DNA of 64,000 nucleotides from an uncultured bacterium (GCA_964492825.1 CAZBLP010000001.1:11054-75053); one strand, 5' to 3'; positions 42,725-53,281 are shown, numbered from the stretch's first letter. The notes: a model not told the origin generated them from the letters alone. Translations and numbers: made by a program.

Positions 42725-45700
42725 ATGAAAAAAGAAATGGATTTTAATTATGATTTTAATTTCAGGTTTAATGGCAAATATCTGTTTAATGCAGATTATT
42801 TTATTGAAAATTTAAAAAAAGAAATTGGAGAAGAAAACTTTCAGAAAATGCAAAAAACAGAAGAGTTTATTAATGATGGTAATTCAGCTGTTGTTAATGT
42901 GTTAAAGAGGTTGGTTACAGGACTTGTTGGTTATCCTATTACTCCCTCTACTCCAATTGCAGAAGGAATGGCTAAAGCATATTCTGATGGTACAATTAAT
43001 GTTTTTGGAGAAAAAATGTTTTATTTTCAGCCTGAAAGTGAGCTTGGGGCAATGTCATTTTTAGAAGGTGCTGCAAGTCAAGGCGGTAGATTTGCAGATA
43101 ATACGTCTTCCCAAGGGTTAACATATAAAATAAAAAACATGTACTCAGTTGCAGGTAAAAGATTGCCTGTGTTAATGACTGTTCAGACAAGAGAGGTAAA
43201 CAAAGGAAGTTTAAGTATTCACAACAGTCATACGGATCTTTATGCAGCACGAGGCACAGGATGGGTACTTTTAATGACCTCTAATAATCAGGAAATGCAC
43301 AATCTGATACCCCTTGCTTTTAAAACTATTGAGCAGAGGCAGATAATGTTGCCTGCAATAGTTGCTGGTGAAGGTTTTTTAAAAAGCCATAGCATTGAGA
43401 ATATTAAAATTTTGTCTGACGAATTTTTAAAATACTTTGTTGGAGCACCAAACAGATTATTTCAGCCTGATTTTGACAATCCTGTATTAATGGGAACTTT
43501 CACAGATATAAATGTTACAATGCCTACACAGATTAAACAGGATATTGCAATTAGAAATGTAAAAAAATACTTTAAAGCTACAATGGCTGTTATGAATAAA
43601 ATATTAGGCACTAATCTTGATGTGGTTGAAAATTACAGAACAGAAGATGCTGAATTTGTGGTTGTTATGATGGGAGCAGGTGCTGAAACTATGAAAGATG
43701 TGGTGGATTATTACAGAGACAAAGGTATTGCTGTTGGTCTGGTAAGACCGGTGCTGTTTTATCCAGTTTGTACAGAAGAGATAGCATATGGCATTCAGAG
43801 CAGCAAAGTAATAACAGTTATAGAAAAAGTGGCAGAGGCTAATGAAAAATACCTTTACAGGGATGTAAACGAAGCATGTAAACTTATAAATATTAATCCT
43901 GAAATTTTATCAGGTATATATGGTCTTGGTAATCAGAATTTAAGTATAGAAGATTGTTGCGGGCTTATTGAGAATATGATTTCGGAGAAAAAATCAGATA
44001 AGTTTTTTGTGGGGATTTCAGGGCATAATTGCATTGAATCTGTTAAAAAGGAAGATTTTGTTTCAAAAGAAGTGGGAATGACTTTTATTGGCATTGGTGC
44101 AGAAGGAGTTAAAACTTCTCAGGAAACTCTTGCTAAGATTATTGCAAAGTCAGGTAAATATGTTCAAACAAGTGCAAAATACGGTGCTTCAAGAAAAGGT
44201 GGTATGGTTGTAATGAATGCAAGAGTTTCAGATGAACCAATAAGGAACTGTTCAAATTTAACTGAAATTGGAATACTTTCAATTTTTAATGATAAATATT
44301 TTATAGATAATTCTTTGTTACCTTTTATCAAATCTCTAAAACCTGGCGGATATTTAATTATAAACAGCGTGAAAACTTTTAAAGAAATTTTTCAAGGCAC
44401 TACAAAAGAAATTCAAAATATTTTTAATGAATTTAAATTTAACATTGTACTTATTGATGCAACAACACATGTTTTGAAAGTTTTAAAGAGGAATCTTCCA
44501 GGAACACCTATTTTAGGAGTTATTAATAAGCTTACTAAAATTTTGCCAGAGGAAGAGTTTTTATCAATATTCAAAGAAGAATTAACAGCGAAATTCGGTG
44601 ACAAAAAACCTCACCTTGTTGACAAGAATCTTACTTTGCTTAAAGTTCCTTTTGATGTTATTGGCACTAAATTTAAACTTGAAAATGGCAGGAAAAATGA
44701 AAATGCTTCCTTGGATAGCAATAAGGAAAATCCGAAAAAAGAGAAACTGATTTTCAACATACCTGAAGAAACATATCTTGAGGATGATGAACTTGCTACC
44801 CTTGATTTTCCCAATTTATACAAAGAAAAATATTTTGATAAATTTGTCAATGATGTTTTAAAACCTTTTCAGCAAGGTGAGTCTGTTCCTTGGGAAAAGT
44901 TTCTAAATATTGTCCCTGCAAAAACATCAAAATTTAATAATGCAAGTTTAATTGGTACTCATTTACCGGTGTTTAATGCTGATAAATGTATTAATTGCGG
45001 ATTGTGTATTGCAAGTTGTCCTGACAATGCTTTGAGAGTTACTTTGATTAATGAAGATGAATTTAACAATTTATCAGATTCAAATAAAAAATTATTTAAA
45101 GAAGTTAATGAGAAAAGATTTTTAGGAACAAGCGGAAAGTTGGATAGGAAGTATTATTTTAACATTAATGTAGTAGAAAATTATTGCAAAGGTTGTGGTG
45201 TATGTGTGAAATCATGTAAATTCAATGCATTGCAAATGGAAGATAAGAACAGATTAAACAGAGATGAATCGTTTATTTCAACGGAAGTTTCCAATTTGGA
45301 CAGATCTGACGAAGTTTTTGATAAAGTCTCAGGTAATAAAATTTTACAAAAAATTATGCTTAAATATTCAGGACAAAAGTTTTTACCTGGTGGCCATTCA
45401 TTATGCCCAGGTTGCGGAGAAGGTATTATAGAGAATCTGGTTTTTACAGCAGCGGAAATGGTTAGAACAGATACTTCCATAATAGAAGAAACGTATAAAT
45501 CCATTCCGCAGCTGCTAAAAAGATCCCATGAAAAAGGCGTAAGACATATGTTGAAAAAGGGATTTTATATTTATACAATAAATGCTACAGGATGTGCTGA
45601 AGTTTCATGTTTGTCAAATCCGTATAATTCAAGAATTTATAATTCAGGTCATTACGGTTTTGGTACTGCAAGTGCAGCAGCTCTTGGAACAAGAATTTCA

Positions 45701-46474
45701 TTGTTCAGTGCATTTAGAAATTATTATCTTGATAAATTAACCAAAGTTATAGTTTTCGGAGGAGACGGAGCATTTTACGATATTGGTAATCAAGGACTAA
45801 ACTTTGCTCTTGGAGAAAATCAGGATATTACATGGATAGTCTACAATAACGAAGCTTATATGAATACAGGTTTTCAAAAATCAGGAGCAAGCAGGTTTGG
45901 CTCCAACAGGTCAACCTCGCCTTATGGTCTTGAATTAAAAGGAAAAGATGATTTTCATAGAGAATTGGTTGCCCAGGCAATGGCAATACCAAAAGTTTAT
46001 GCAGCAAGATTATCTCTTGCAAATCCTTTACATTGTTTGAAAATATTAAAAGAAGCTATAGCGTATAAAGGTCCTTCATTAATAGAAATTTTTTCACCGT
46101 GTCCTACAGGCCAGGGTTTGGCTACAGATGATATTGGCATTGAAGTTTCAAAAATGATGGTAGAATCAAGAGCTTGGCCAATAGTGGTGAGAAAACCGTA
46201 CAATGGTATTGATATTACTGCTAATCCTGATTATGATAAAATTTATCCTGAACCAAGAAAAATTAAGGATAAATTAATTGAGCCTGCAAAATTTAAAGAC
46301 ATAGTCAATCTTATGGGGCAATTTATAGGAGACCAGGAAACAATTAAAAAAATAGTCAAAGTTAATGAAAGGCAAAATATATACAGATGGAACTGGTTAC
46401 AATACCTTGCTGGAGTTGCAGATAAAGTTCTAACTGAAGAAGAAATAGAAGAAATAATATCTGACAGATTGTAG
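42725..46474 (+). CDS. Pyruvate:ferredoxin (flavodoxin) oxidoreductase-family single-chain 2-oxoacid oxidoreductase (NifJ/PFOR paralog)
   Basis: 1249 aa with the PFOR domain order: YPITPS domain I, gamma domain (KYVQTSAKYGASRKGG), two 4Fe-4S motifs (CINCGLCIASCP, CKGCGVCVKSCK), TPP domain (GGDGAFYDIGNQGL). Strong RBS AAGGAG 6 nt before the ATG. About 45-aa N-terminal extension relative to canonical PFOR. Confidence 0.8.
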   Translation: MKKEMDFNYDFNFRFNGKYLFNADYFIENLKKEIGEENFQKMQKTEEFINDGNSAVVNVLKRLVTGLVGYPITPSTPIAEGMAKAYSDGTINVFGEKMFYFQPESELGAMSFLEGAASQGGRFADNTSSQGLTYKIKNMYSVAGKRLPVLMTVQTREVNKGSLSIHNSHTDLYAARGTGWVLLMTSNNQEMHNLIPLAFKTIEQRQIMLPAIVAGEGFLKSHSIENIKILSDEFLKYFVGAPNRLFQPDFDNPVLMGTFTDINVTMPTQIKQDIAIRNVKKYFKATMAVMNKILGTNLDVVENYRTEDAEFVVVMMGAGAETMKDVVDYYRDKGIAVGLVRPVLFYPVCTEEIAYGIQSSKVITVIEKVAEANEKYLYRDVNEACKLININPEILSGIYGLGNQNLSIEDCCGLIENMISEKKSDKFFVGISGHNCIESVKKEDFVSKEVGMTFIGIGAEGVKTSQETLAKIIAKSGKYVQTSAKYGASRKGGMVVMNARVSDEPIRNCSNLTEIGILSIFNDKYFIDNSLLPFIKSLKPGGYLIINSVKTFKEIFQGTTKEIQNIFNEFKFNIVLIDATTHVLKVLKRNLPGTPILGVINKLTKILPEEEFLSIFKEELTAKFGDKKPHLVDKNLTLLKVPFDVIGTKFKLENGRKNENASLDSNKENPKKEKLIFNIPEETYLEDDELATLDFPNLYKEKYFDKFVNDVLKPFQQGESVPWEKFLNIVPAKTSKFNNASLIGTHLPVFNADKCINCGLCIASCPDNALRVTLINEDEFNNLSDSNKKLFKEVNEKRFLGTSGKLDRKYYFNINVVENYCKGCGVCVKSCKFNALQMEDKNRLNRDESFISTEVSNLDRSDEVFDKVSGNKILQKIMLKYSGQKFLPGGHSLCPGCGEGIIENLVFTAAEMVRTDTSIIEETYKSIPQLLKRSHEKGVRHMLKKGFYIYTINATGCAEVSCLSNPYNSRIYNSGHYGFGTASAAALGTRISLFSAFRNYYLDKLTKVIVFGGDGAFYDIGNQGLNFALGENQDITWIVYNNEAYMNTGFQKSGASRFGSNRSTSPYGLELKGKDDFHRELVAQAMAIPKVYAARLSLANPLHCLKILKEAIAYKGPSLIEIFSPCPTGQGLATDDIGIEVSKMMVESRAWPIVVRKPYNGIDITANPDYDKIYPEPRKIKDKLIEPAKFKDIVNLMGQFIGDQETIKKIVKVNERQNIYRWNWLQYLAGVADKVLTEEEIEEIISDRL

Positions 46475-46544
46475 ATAAAAAAACAATTAATAACAATAAA
46501 TATACTTAATAACTCAAAAAGAAATTTTTATTTTAATTGCAGTA

Positions 46545-47948
46545 TTAAGCTATAATGTTTTTTAATATGTTTTCGATTTTATTTCTGTAAAAATCTCTTT
46601 TTTCAAGAGAATCAGCTTCGAATCTTAAAACCAGTACAGGCTGGGTATTGCTTGCTCTTACTAATCCCCATCCATCTTTAAATATTATTCTAATACCGTC
46701 TATGGTAATAATGTCTTTAATAAGCGGTGCAATTTCATTATTATTTAAAATTTTATTTTTTAGTAATTCTGGAACTTCAAATTTTTTATCTTCCGGACAA
46801 TCTACTCTAATTTCTTCTGTAATAAAAGTTTTTGGAAGATCAGACAGCATTTCAGAGAGAGGTTTTTTATATTTGCATAATATTTCAACAAGTCTCAAAG
46901 TAGCGTAAATTGCATCGTCATATCCAAAATATCTGTGAGAAAAAAATATGTGGCCACTCATCTCACCTGCTATTGCTGCTTTTTCTTCTTTTAATTTGTT
47001 TTTAATTAAAGAATGACCTGTTTTCCACATAATTGGAATACCACCATGTTTTTTTATGTCATCATACAGAATTTGTGAACATTTAACTTCGCCTATGATT
47101 TTTGCTCCAGGCTCACTTTTTAAAATATCTCGTGCAAAAATAATAAGAAGCTGATCACCCCAGATTATATTACCATTTTCGTCAATGGCACCTATTCTGT
47201 CTGCATCTCCGTCAAATCCTATACCTAAAATGGCTTTTTCTTTTTTTACTGATTCTTTAAGATAAATTAAATTTTTTTCAACAGTAGGATCAGGGTGATG
47301 ATTAGGAAAAGTACCGTCAGGTTCGGAAAAAAGCTCCACAACATTAAAACCGAGCTCTTTTAAAATTTTAGGAGCTACAAGCCCGGCAACACCGTTTCCA
47401 GCATCAAGAACTATCTTTTCATTTAAACCGGATTTTATATGTGAAAATTTTTCAACCATAAATTTAATATAATTTGAGTTAATGTCATACTCGGAAATAT
47501 TGCCTGTTTGCGGATTATCAGGAATGAGTTCATTATTTGAAATAATTTCATAAAGGTTGAAAATCTCTTTATCATGCAAAGTGTCTTTGCCGACACATAG
47601 CTTAAAACCGTTATATTCCGGCGGATTATGGCTGCCTGTAATCATTATTCCGCCATTAATGTTGTTAAGATGAAAAAGCGAAAAATAGAGAAGCGGTGTT
47701 GGGCACATTCCAATATTGACAACATTAATACCTTTTTTGATTAGTGCTTTTGCAAGTATATCTGCAAAATTTTCAGAAGATACTCTTGCATCTCTGGCAA
47801 TTGTAACAGTAAGTACTTTTTCTTCTTGAAAAGTTTTTTTTAAATAAGAGGCATAAGCATAACCTATTAAAGTAACTGCCTCATCTGTAAGGTTATCTCC
47901 AACAATGCCTCTAATGTCATATTTTCTGAAAATATCCGGTGAAATCAT
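46545..47948 (-). CDS. Phosphoglucomutase/phosphomannomutase family protein
   Basis: Active-site serine loop TGSHNPPEYNG, metal-binding DGDADR, and GEMSGH sugar-binding loop. Confidence 0.8.
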   Translation of the reverse strand: MISPDIFRKYDIRGIVGDNLTDEAVTLIGYAYASYLKKTFQEEKVLTVTIARDARVSSENFADILAKALIKKGINVVNIGMCPTPLLYFSLFHLNNINGGIMITGSHNPPEYNGFKLCVGKDTLHDKEIFNLYEIISNNELIPDNPQTGNISEYDINSNYIKFMVEKFSHIKSGLNEKIVLDAGNGVAGLVAPKILKELGFNVVELFSEPDGTFPNHHPDPTVEKNLIYLKESVKKEKAILGIGFDGDADRIGAIDENGNIIWGDQLLIIFARDILKSEPGAKIIGEVKCSQILYDDIKKHGGIPIMWKTGHSLIKNKLKEEKAAIAGEMSGHIFFSHRYFGYDDAIYATLRLVEILCKYKKPLSEMLSDLPKTFITEEIRVDCPEDKKFEVPELLKNKILNNNEIAPLIKDIITIDGIRIIFKDGWGLVRASNTQPVLVLRFEADSLEKRDFYRNKIENILKNIIA

Positions 47949-48019
47949 ATTTTACTCCATTTTTAAATTTTTTATTTTATATCTCATAACGCTTAAACAA
48001 GTCAAATATTTTTTATGAA

Positions 48020-49180
48020 TTAATCATTCTTAAAAGCATATATGTATGATATTAAAGATAAAGTTATCATTAATATTAAAAAATAAATTGAAACCGTATA
48101 ACTGTGATAAATATCGTGGAGAAAGCCTAAAAGAAATGTTGAGAAAAATGCTCCAATACCATTTCCCATTGCAAGAAACCCCATTGTGTTTCCAAAATTT
48201 TCTTTGAATTTCTCAAAAGCAAGAGTAGGAAAAAGAGGTGCAAAAGAGCCGTATCCAAGACCGAATAAAACTGAAAACAGTATTGTTATAAAAAGATTTA
48301 TGTTTAAAAATTGAATGATAAAAAAGGATATTAAAATTATAATACAGGCAAAAAAGTATAATTTTATTGGCTTGACAAAGTCAGCAAGATATCCCCAAAA
48401 AATTTTGCCAAATGAGCCGCACAGTGCTATTATTGAAATAGTAACAGCAGCAAAACTTTTATCTATGCCCTTTTCAATGAAAAATGCAACAATATGAAGC
48501 ATAATACCCTGAGTTGTCATTGCTCCTAAAGCCATGCCTGATAGAATGAGATAGAAGTTTTTATGTTTTAAAATCTGAAAATTAAATTTAAGAGTATGTG
48601 TTTTCGGAGTTTTTGGGAGAAAGAAACTAACTGAAAAAATAGACACTGAAGAAAAAATTCCCAGATATAACAGTGCAATTTGCCATGTAAATCTATCTAT
48701 AAGAAATTTGCTTAAAATGCTGATAATAAATGCTCCTGCACCAACACCTGTAGTTGCTATGCCTAAAGCAAATCCCTTTCTCTTAGGAAAGTTATTTGAA
48801 ATTATAATTGTAATAGGAATGAAACCGACTGAATTAATTCCTATAGCAGTGATTATACCTAAAGTGAAGTAAAGTTGTTTAATAGTATTGGCAAAACATG
48901 AAGCTGCCAAACCTGTAAAAATGACAAAAGAAGCTATTTTAAAAATTTTTCTTCCGCCAAATCTGTTAATTAAAATTCCAATTACAGGATTATACAGTCC
49001 GTATATTAACAGGCTTAAAGAAAATATAAGAGATGAAGCTGCTTTGGTTGAATTGAAGAAACTGCTTATTTCCACAAAAAATATACTAAATGAGTATTGT
49101 ATGCCATAGCAAATTCCAATACCCCAAAAGCAGGCAAAAATAGTAAGTAATTCCTCTTTTTTAAATATTTTTAAATTCAT
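48020..49180 (-). CDS. MFS transporter
   Basis: 386 aa with 12 predicted TM helices and an MFS loop motif GxLxDRFGGRK (NRFGGRK). Confidence 0.65.
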   Translation of the reverse strand: MNLKIFKKEELLTIFACFWGIGICYGIQYSFSIFFVEISSFFNSTKAASSLIFSLSLLIYGLYNPVIGILINRFGGRKIFKIASFVIFTGLAASCFANTIKQLYFTLGIITAIGINSVGFIPITIIISNNFPKRKGFALGIATTGVGAGAFIISILSKFLIDRFTWQIALLYLGIFSSVSIFSVSFFLPKTPKTHTLKFNFQILKHKNFYLILSGMALGAMTTQGIMLHIVAFFIEKGIDKSFAAVTISIIALCGSFGKIFWGYLADFVKPIKLYFFACIIILISFFIIQFLNINLFITILFSVLFGLGYGSFAPLFPTLAFEKFKENFGNTMGFLAMGNGIGAFFSTFLLGFLHDIYHSYTVSIYFLILMITLSLISYIYAFKND

Positions 49181-49315
49181 CTTTATTTATTCGGTTTTGT
49201 TTGGTCGATTTGCAGTTATATTAAATCCAAAATAAAAGCAAATATATTTTAATTGAAAATCAGTAATATTTTTGCTATAAGTTTTTTCAATAAACTTGAG
49301 AGAAAGGCGGATATA

Positions 49316-50161
49316 ATGAAAATAGCAGGTATCCAGATAGAGTCTTCTGACGATTTGCAGCAAAATGTTGATAAGTGTTTGAAACTTATAGACCTTTCAG
49401 TAGAGCAGGGTGCTAATATAGTAATTTTTCCTGAGCTTGTTCTAACTTCGTGGTTCCCGGAATCAATAGATGAAAAGAATTTTTCATTGGCGTTGACAAT
49501 GGGAGCAGAAGAAATATCGGTTTTTAAAAAAGTAGCTAAACATAAGAATATTGCAATAGTGCTTCCTTTTTTTGAAAAAGATTCAGAAATAGATATGCTT
49601 TTTTATAATAGTGTTATTTTTATAGACAAAGATGGAAAAATAAAAGGTCATTACAGAAAAATACATTTACCTTTAATACCTAACTGGGAAGAAAAGTATT
49701 ATTTCAGACCAGGTGATTTGGGATTTCCGGTGTTTGAGACAAGTTTTGGGGAAGTTGGCTTTCAATTAGGTTGGGATGTTTTTTTCCCTGAAGTTTCACG
49801 TATTCTTACCTTAAAAGGAGCAAAACTCATAATTTCTCCCACAGCCTCTGCTTTTTCATCTCAGCCGAGGTGGGTTAAAGTCATGTCCTCAAATGCTCTT
49901 ATAAATACTGTTTTTATATGCAGAGTCAACAGAGTCGGCAAACAGGGTGATCTTGATTTTTATGGTGGTAGCTTTTGTGCATTGCCTGATGGTGGACTGG
50001 TAACAGAACCTGCAGGTACAAAGGAAGGTATAGTATTATGGGAAATTAATTTTAATGATTTATATGAAGTCAGAAGGTTGTTTCCTTTTCTTAAAGACAG
50101 AATAGATAAAGAATATCTTGAAATTGTTGGGAAATCATTTAAGGAAATTTTAAGGGATTAG
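49316..50161 (+). CDS. Carbon-nitrogen hydrolase (nitrilase superfamily) protein
   Basis: Catalytic E-K-C triad pattern, with the glutamate in the N-terminal FPELVLTSW segment and the Cys nucleophile in a C-W-D/E-type context (QLGWDVFFPE region). Start set at MKIAGIQ. About 281 aa. Confidence 0.65.
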   Translation: MKIAGIQIESSDDLQQNVDKCLKLIDLSVEQGANIVIFPELVLTSWFPESIDEKNFSLALTMGAEEISVFKKVAKHKNIAIVLPFFEKDSEIDMLFYNSVIFIDKDGKIKGHYRKIHLPLIPNWEEKYYFRPGDLGFPVFETSFGEVGFQLGWDVFFPEVSRILTLKGAKLIISPTASAFSSQPRWVKVMSSNALINTVFICRVNRVGKQGDLDFYGGSFCALPDGGLVTEPAGTKEGIVLWEINFNDLYEVRRLFPFLKDRIDKEYLEIVGKSFKEILRD

Positions 50162-50163
50162 TG

Positions 50164-50313
50164 ATGAGCACTGACAGAAAATTATGCACTATTTGTGCGT
50201 GGAGAAAAGATTGTAAAAAGAAATTTTCGCTTGGTGAAGGCAAATTGAATTGTCCTGATTTTGCAAAAGATTTAAAACTTAAAAAGGAGCCAAACAAAAA
50301 GAATGAAAAATAA
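50164..50313 (+). CDS. Possible small Cys-rich protein (49 aa), not in ORF track; overlaps the argS start
   Basis: Manual translation gives MSTDRKLCTICAWRKDCKKKFSLGEGKLNCPDFAKDLKLKKEPNKKNEK. AGGGA sits 6 nt upstream. GTGATG overlaps the nitrilase-like stop. Coding status is unproven. Confidence 0.2.
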   Translation: MSTDRKLCTICAWRKDCKKKFSLGEGKLNCPDFAKDLKLKKEPNKKNEK

Positions 50314-51889
50314 AATAGATGAAATTATAAAAAAATTTATTATAAATAAGTTGCAGATTAAAGATGAGGTAAAATATAAAATTGATACACCTAAGAATAA
50401 GAAATTCGGAGATTTTTCTGCAAATTTTGCTATGATTCTTGCATCCAAGCTTAAGAGGAATCCTGTTGAAATTGCTGAGATGGCAGTAGGAGAATTTGAG
50501 AAAGAACCTGTTTTTAGTAAAGTTGAAATAGCTGGCAAAGGATTTATAAATTTTTTTATTAATCAAACCTATTGGGTTGACCTGTTAAATGAAATTTATA
50601 ATAAATCTGATTATTTTAAACATGATATTGGAAAGAACAGAAAAGCTTTAATTGAATTTGTCAGTGCCAATCCCACTGGGCCGCTTCATATAGGCCATGG
50701 CAGAGGAGCTGTTTTAGGAGATGTGGTTGCAAATCTATTATCTGAGGCAGGATTTAAGGTTGTTAAAGAATATTATATCAATGATGCTGGTAACCAGATG
50801 AACGTTCTTGGCAAATCCGTTTATTTTAGAATTAAAGAATTGTTAGGCGAATCTGTGGAATTTCCAGAAGATTTTTATCAGGGAGAATATATAATTGAAA
50901 TTGCAAAAAATTTAATAGAGAAATATGGCAAAGAAGTTGTTGATAAGGACACTGAATTTTTCACACAAGAAGGTATTAAAACTATTTTACCGGAGATTGT
51001 TGACGATTTGAAAAATTTTGGGGTGAAATTTGATAGCTTTTTCAGTGAAAAATCTCTTTTTGAAAAAGGGAAAGTTGCTGATGTAATAGAAAGTTTGAAA
51101 AAAGCCGGATATATTTATGAAAAAGATAATGCCTGGTGGATTAAAGTTGAAGGAGACGATGACAGGGTTATTATTAAATCAGATGGTTCATATACATATC
51201 TGACTTCAGATATTGCTTATCACAAGGATAAATATGACAGAGGTTTTGACCTGCTGGTAAATATTTGGGGAGCAGACCATCATGGATATGTTGCAAGATT
51301 AAAATCTGCCATTAAATATACAGGTTATGACCCTGATAAGTTAGAGATTTTACTTGTACAAATGGTTAATCTTTTACGTGGCAAAGAGAGAGTACCTCTT
51401 TCCACAAGAAAGGGAAAATTTGTTACTTTAAAAGAAGTTGTTGATGAAGTGGGAAAAGATGCTGCAAGATTTATTTTTATGACCAGAAAGTATGATGCTC
51501 AATTGGATTTTGACCTTGAGCTTGCAAAGCAGCAGTCAAATGAAAATCCTGTTTATTATGTCCAATATGCACATGCAAGAATTTGCAGTATTTTAAGGAA
51601 TTCTGATATTACTGTTCCAGGACGTATAGAGAAGGTTACATGTGAAGATGATATTGAAATAATAAAGAAACTGGAAGAATTCAGACATATACTAAAAGTT
51701 GCTGCAAATAATCTTGAACCTCATTTAATTACATATTATCTGCTTGAACTTGCAGCAAAGTTTCATTCATATTATAATAAAAACAAAGTCCTTGGAAACC
51801 CTGAGAGGCTGTTTTTAATAAAAACTATTAAAAAAGTTATAAAAAAAGGACTTGATATTTTAGGGGTTTCTGCACCGGAGAAAATGTAA
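50303..51889 (+). CDS. argS: Arginine--tRNA ligase
   Basis: Class I HIGH motif (PTGPLHIGHGRGA), KMSK-like MSTRKG, and a C-terminal DALR anticodon-binding region. Confidence 0.9.
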   Translation: MKNKIDEIIKKFIINKLQIKDEVKYKIDTPKNKKFGDFSANFAMILASKLKRNPVEIAEMAVGEFEKEPVFSKVEIAGKGFINFFINQTYWVDLLNEIYNKSDYFKHDIGKNRKALIEFVSANPTGPLHIGHGRGAVLGDVVANLLSEAGFKVVKEYYINDAGNQMNVLGKSVYFRIKELLGESVEFPEDFYQGEYIIEIAKNLIEKYGKEVVDKDTEFFTQEGIKTILPEIVDDLKNFGVKFDSFFSEKSLFEKGKVADVIESLKKAGYIYEKDNAWWIKVEGDDDRVIIKSDGSYTYLTSDIAYHKDKYDRGFDLLVNIWGADHHGYVARLKSAIKYTGYDPDKLEILLVQMVNLLRGKERVPLSTRKGKFVTLKEVVDEVGKDAARFIFMTRKYDAQLDFDLELAKQQSNENPVYYVQYAHARICSILRNSDITVPGRIEKVTCEDDIEIIKKLEEFRHILKVAANNLEPHLITYYLLELAAKFHSYYNKNKVLGNPERLFLIKTIKKVIKKGLDILGVSAPEKM

Positions 51890-51957
51890 TTTCTAATAGT
51901 TGATAATTTTTTTACTCCCCAGATTAACGGATAATCAATCTTTAAAGGAGCTGTTAT

Positions 51958-52170
51958 ATGGGCGGAATAGGTAAAACCCTAATTATATTGGGAATTGTTT
52001 TGGTTGTATTAGGTTTGTTTCTGAACTTCTCAGGTAAGATTCCGTTTTTAGGCAAGTTGCCGGGAGATATTTATATTAAAAAAGATAATTTTTCATTTTA
52101 TTTTCCAATAACAACCTGCATTATTATCAGCATAATCCTTTCTTTGATTTTTGGTATTTTTAGAAAATAA
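51958..52170 (+). CDS. Small membrane protein (DUF2905-like)
   Basis: 70 aa with two TM helices and a GKLPGD motif. Confidence 0.45.
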   Translation: MGGIGKTLIILGIVLVVLGLFLNFSGKIPFLGKLPGDIYIKKDNFSFYFPITTCIIISIILSLIFGIFRK

Positions 52171-52193
52171 GTATCAAATTAATAAAAATTAAC

Positions 52194-52221
52194 TTGACTT
52201 AAATGGTGATATTACTAAAAT
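52194..52221 (+). promoter_or_regulatory. Sigma-70 promoter TTGACT-16 bp-TAAAAT upstream of the moxR/bat operon
   Basis: Read directly from sequence; about 50 nt upstream of the moxR ATG, which has an AGGAGG RBS. Confidence 0.5.
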
Positions 52222-52273
52222 TGCCGACCGATGACTCAACATTTAAAACCTAATCAAATTCAGGAGGTATTAT

Positions 52274-53254
52274 ATGATAGATATTGAAAAAATTGAAGCA
52301 AAAATATTGACAACTCAGCCTTTGATAAAAATGTTCTTTAATGAAATGCATAAGGTTATTGTGGGACAGGAAGATTTAATAAGAAAATTGCTTCTTGCTT
52401 TTCTTATTGATGGCCATATTTTGCTTGAAGGTGTTCCGGGTCTTGCTAAAACAAAAACAGCTGATACATTTTCAAAAATACTTGACCTTCATTTTCAGAG
52501 AATTCAATTTACTCCTGATCTTTTACCAGGAGATTTAACAGGTACCCTGATTTATAATCCAAAAGAAATGGAGTTTCAATTTAAAAAAGGACCTGTTTTT
52601 ACGAATTTCTTGCTTGCTGATGAAATTAACAGGGCTCCAGCTAAAGTTCAAAGTGCACTTCTTGAGGCAATGCAGGAGAAAAAAGTAACCATAGGCGAAG
52701 AAACTTTCAGCCTTGATCTGCCATTTTTTGTTGTAGCAACACAAAATCCTCTTGAGCAGGAAGGTGTTTATCCTCTGCCAGAAGCACAGATGGATAGATT
52801 TTTGTTTAAAGTTTTGGTTACGTATCCTGATAAGGAGGAAGAAAAAGCCATAATGAGGGAACATGCTTTTGAACATGAAACTGAATTAAACAAAGTTTTT
52901 GATAAAGAGACTCTGGATAAAATAAAGGGAGCTCTTGAAGATATTTATATAGATGAAAAAATAGAAGATTATATAGTTGATGTTGTTTCTGCTACAAGAG
53001 ACCTTGATAGAATAAAAATGGACAGAAGACTTCTTAATTTTGGTGCATCTCCAAGAGCATCTCTTAATTTGTTCAAAGCTGCAAAAGGTAATGCGTTTTT
53101 GGAATCTAGGGCGTATGTTATACCTCAAGATGTTAAAGATGTTGCAAAAGAGGTATTAAGGCACAGAATTTTATTAAGTTACGAAGCTGAAGCGGAAAAT
53201 ATTACAACAGATAACATAATAGAAGAAATTTTAAATAAAATCCCAACACCATAA
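52274..53254 (+). CDS. MoxR-family AAA+ ATPase
   Basis: Walker A GVPGLAKT, Walker B LLADEINRA and the MoxR C-terminal region. First gene of the Bat-type operon. Confidence 0.85.
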   Translation: MIDIEKIEAKILTTQPLIKMFFNEMHKVIVGQEDLIRKLLLAFLIDGHILLEGVPGLAKTKTADTFSKILDLHFQRIQFTPDLLPGDLTGTLIYNPKEMEFQFKKGPVFTNFLLADEINRAPAKVQSALLEAMQEKKVTIGEETFSLDLPFFVVATQNPLEQEGVYPLPEAQMDRFLFKVLVTYPDKEEEKAIMREHAFEHETELNKVFDKETLDKIKGALEDIYIDEKIEDYIVDVVSATRDLDRIKMDRRLLNFGASPRASLNLFKAAKGNAFLESRAYVIPQDVKDVAKEVLRHRILLSYEAEAENITTDNIIEEILNKIPTP

Positions 53255-53281
53255 TTCATATTTTCATCAGGATTTTTTATT

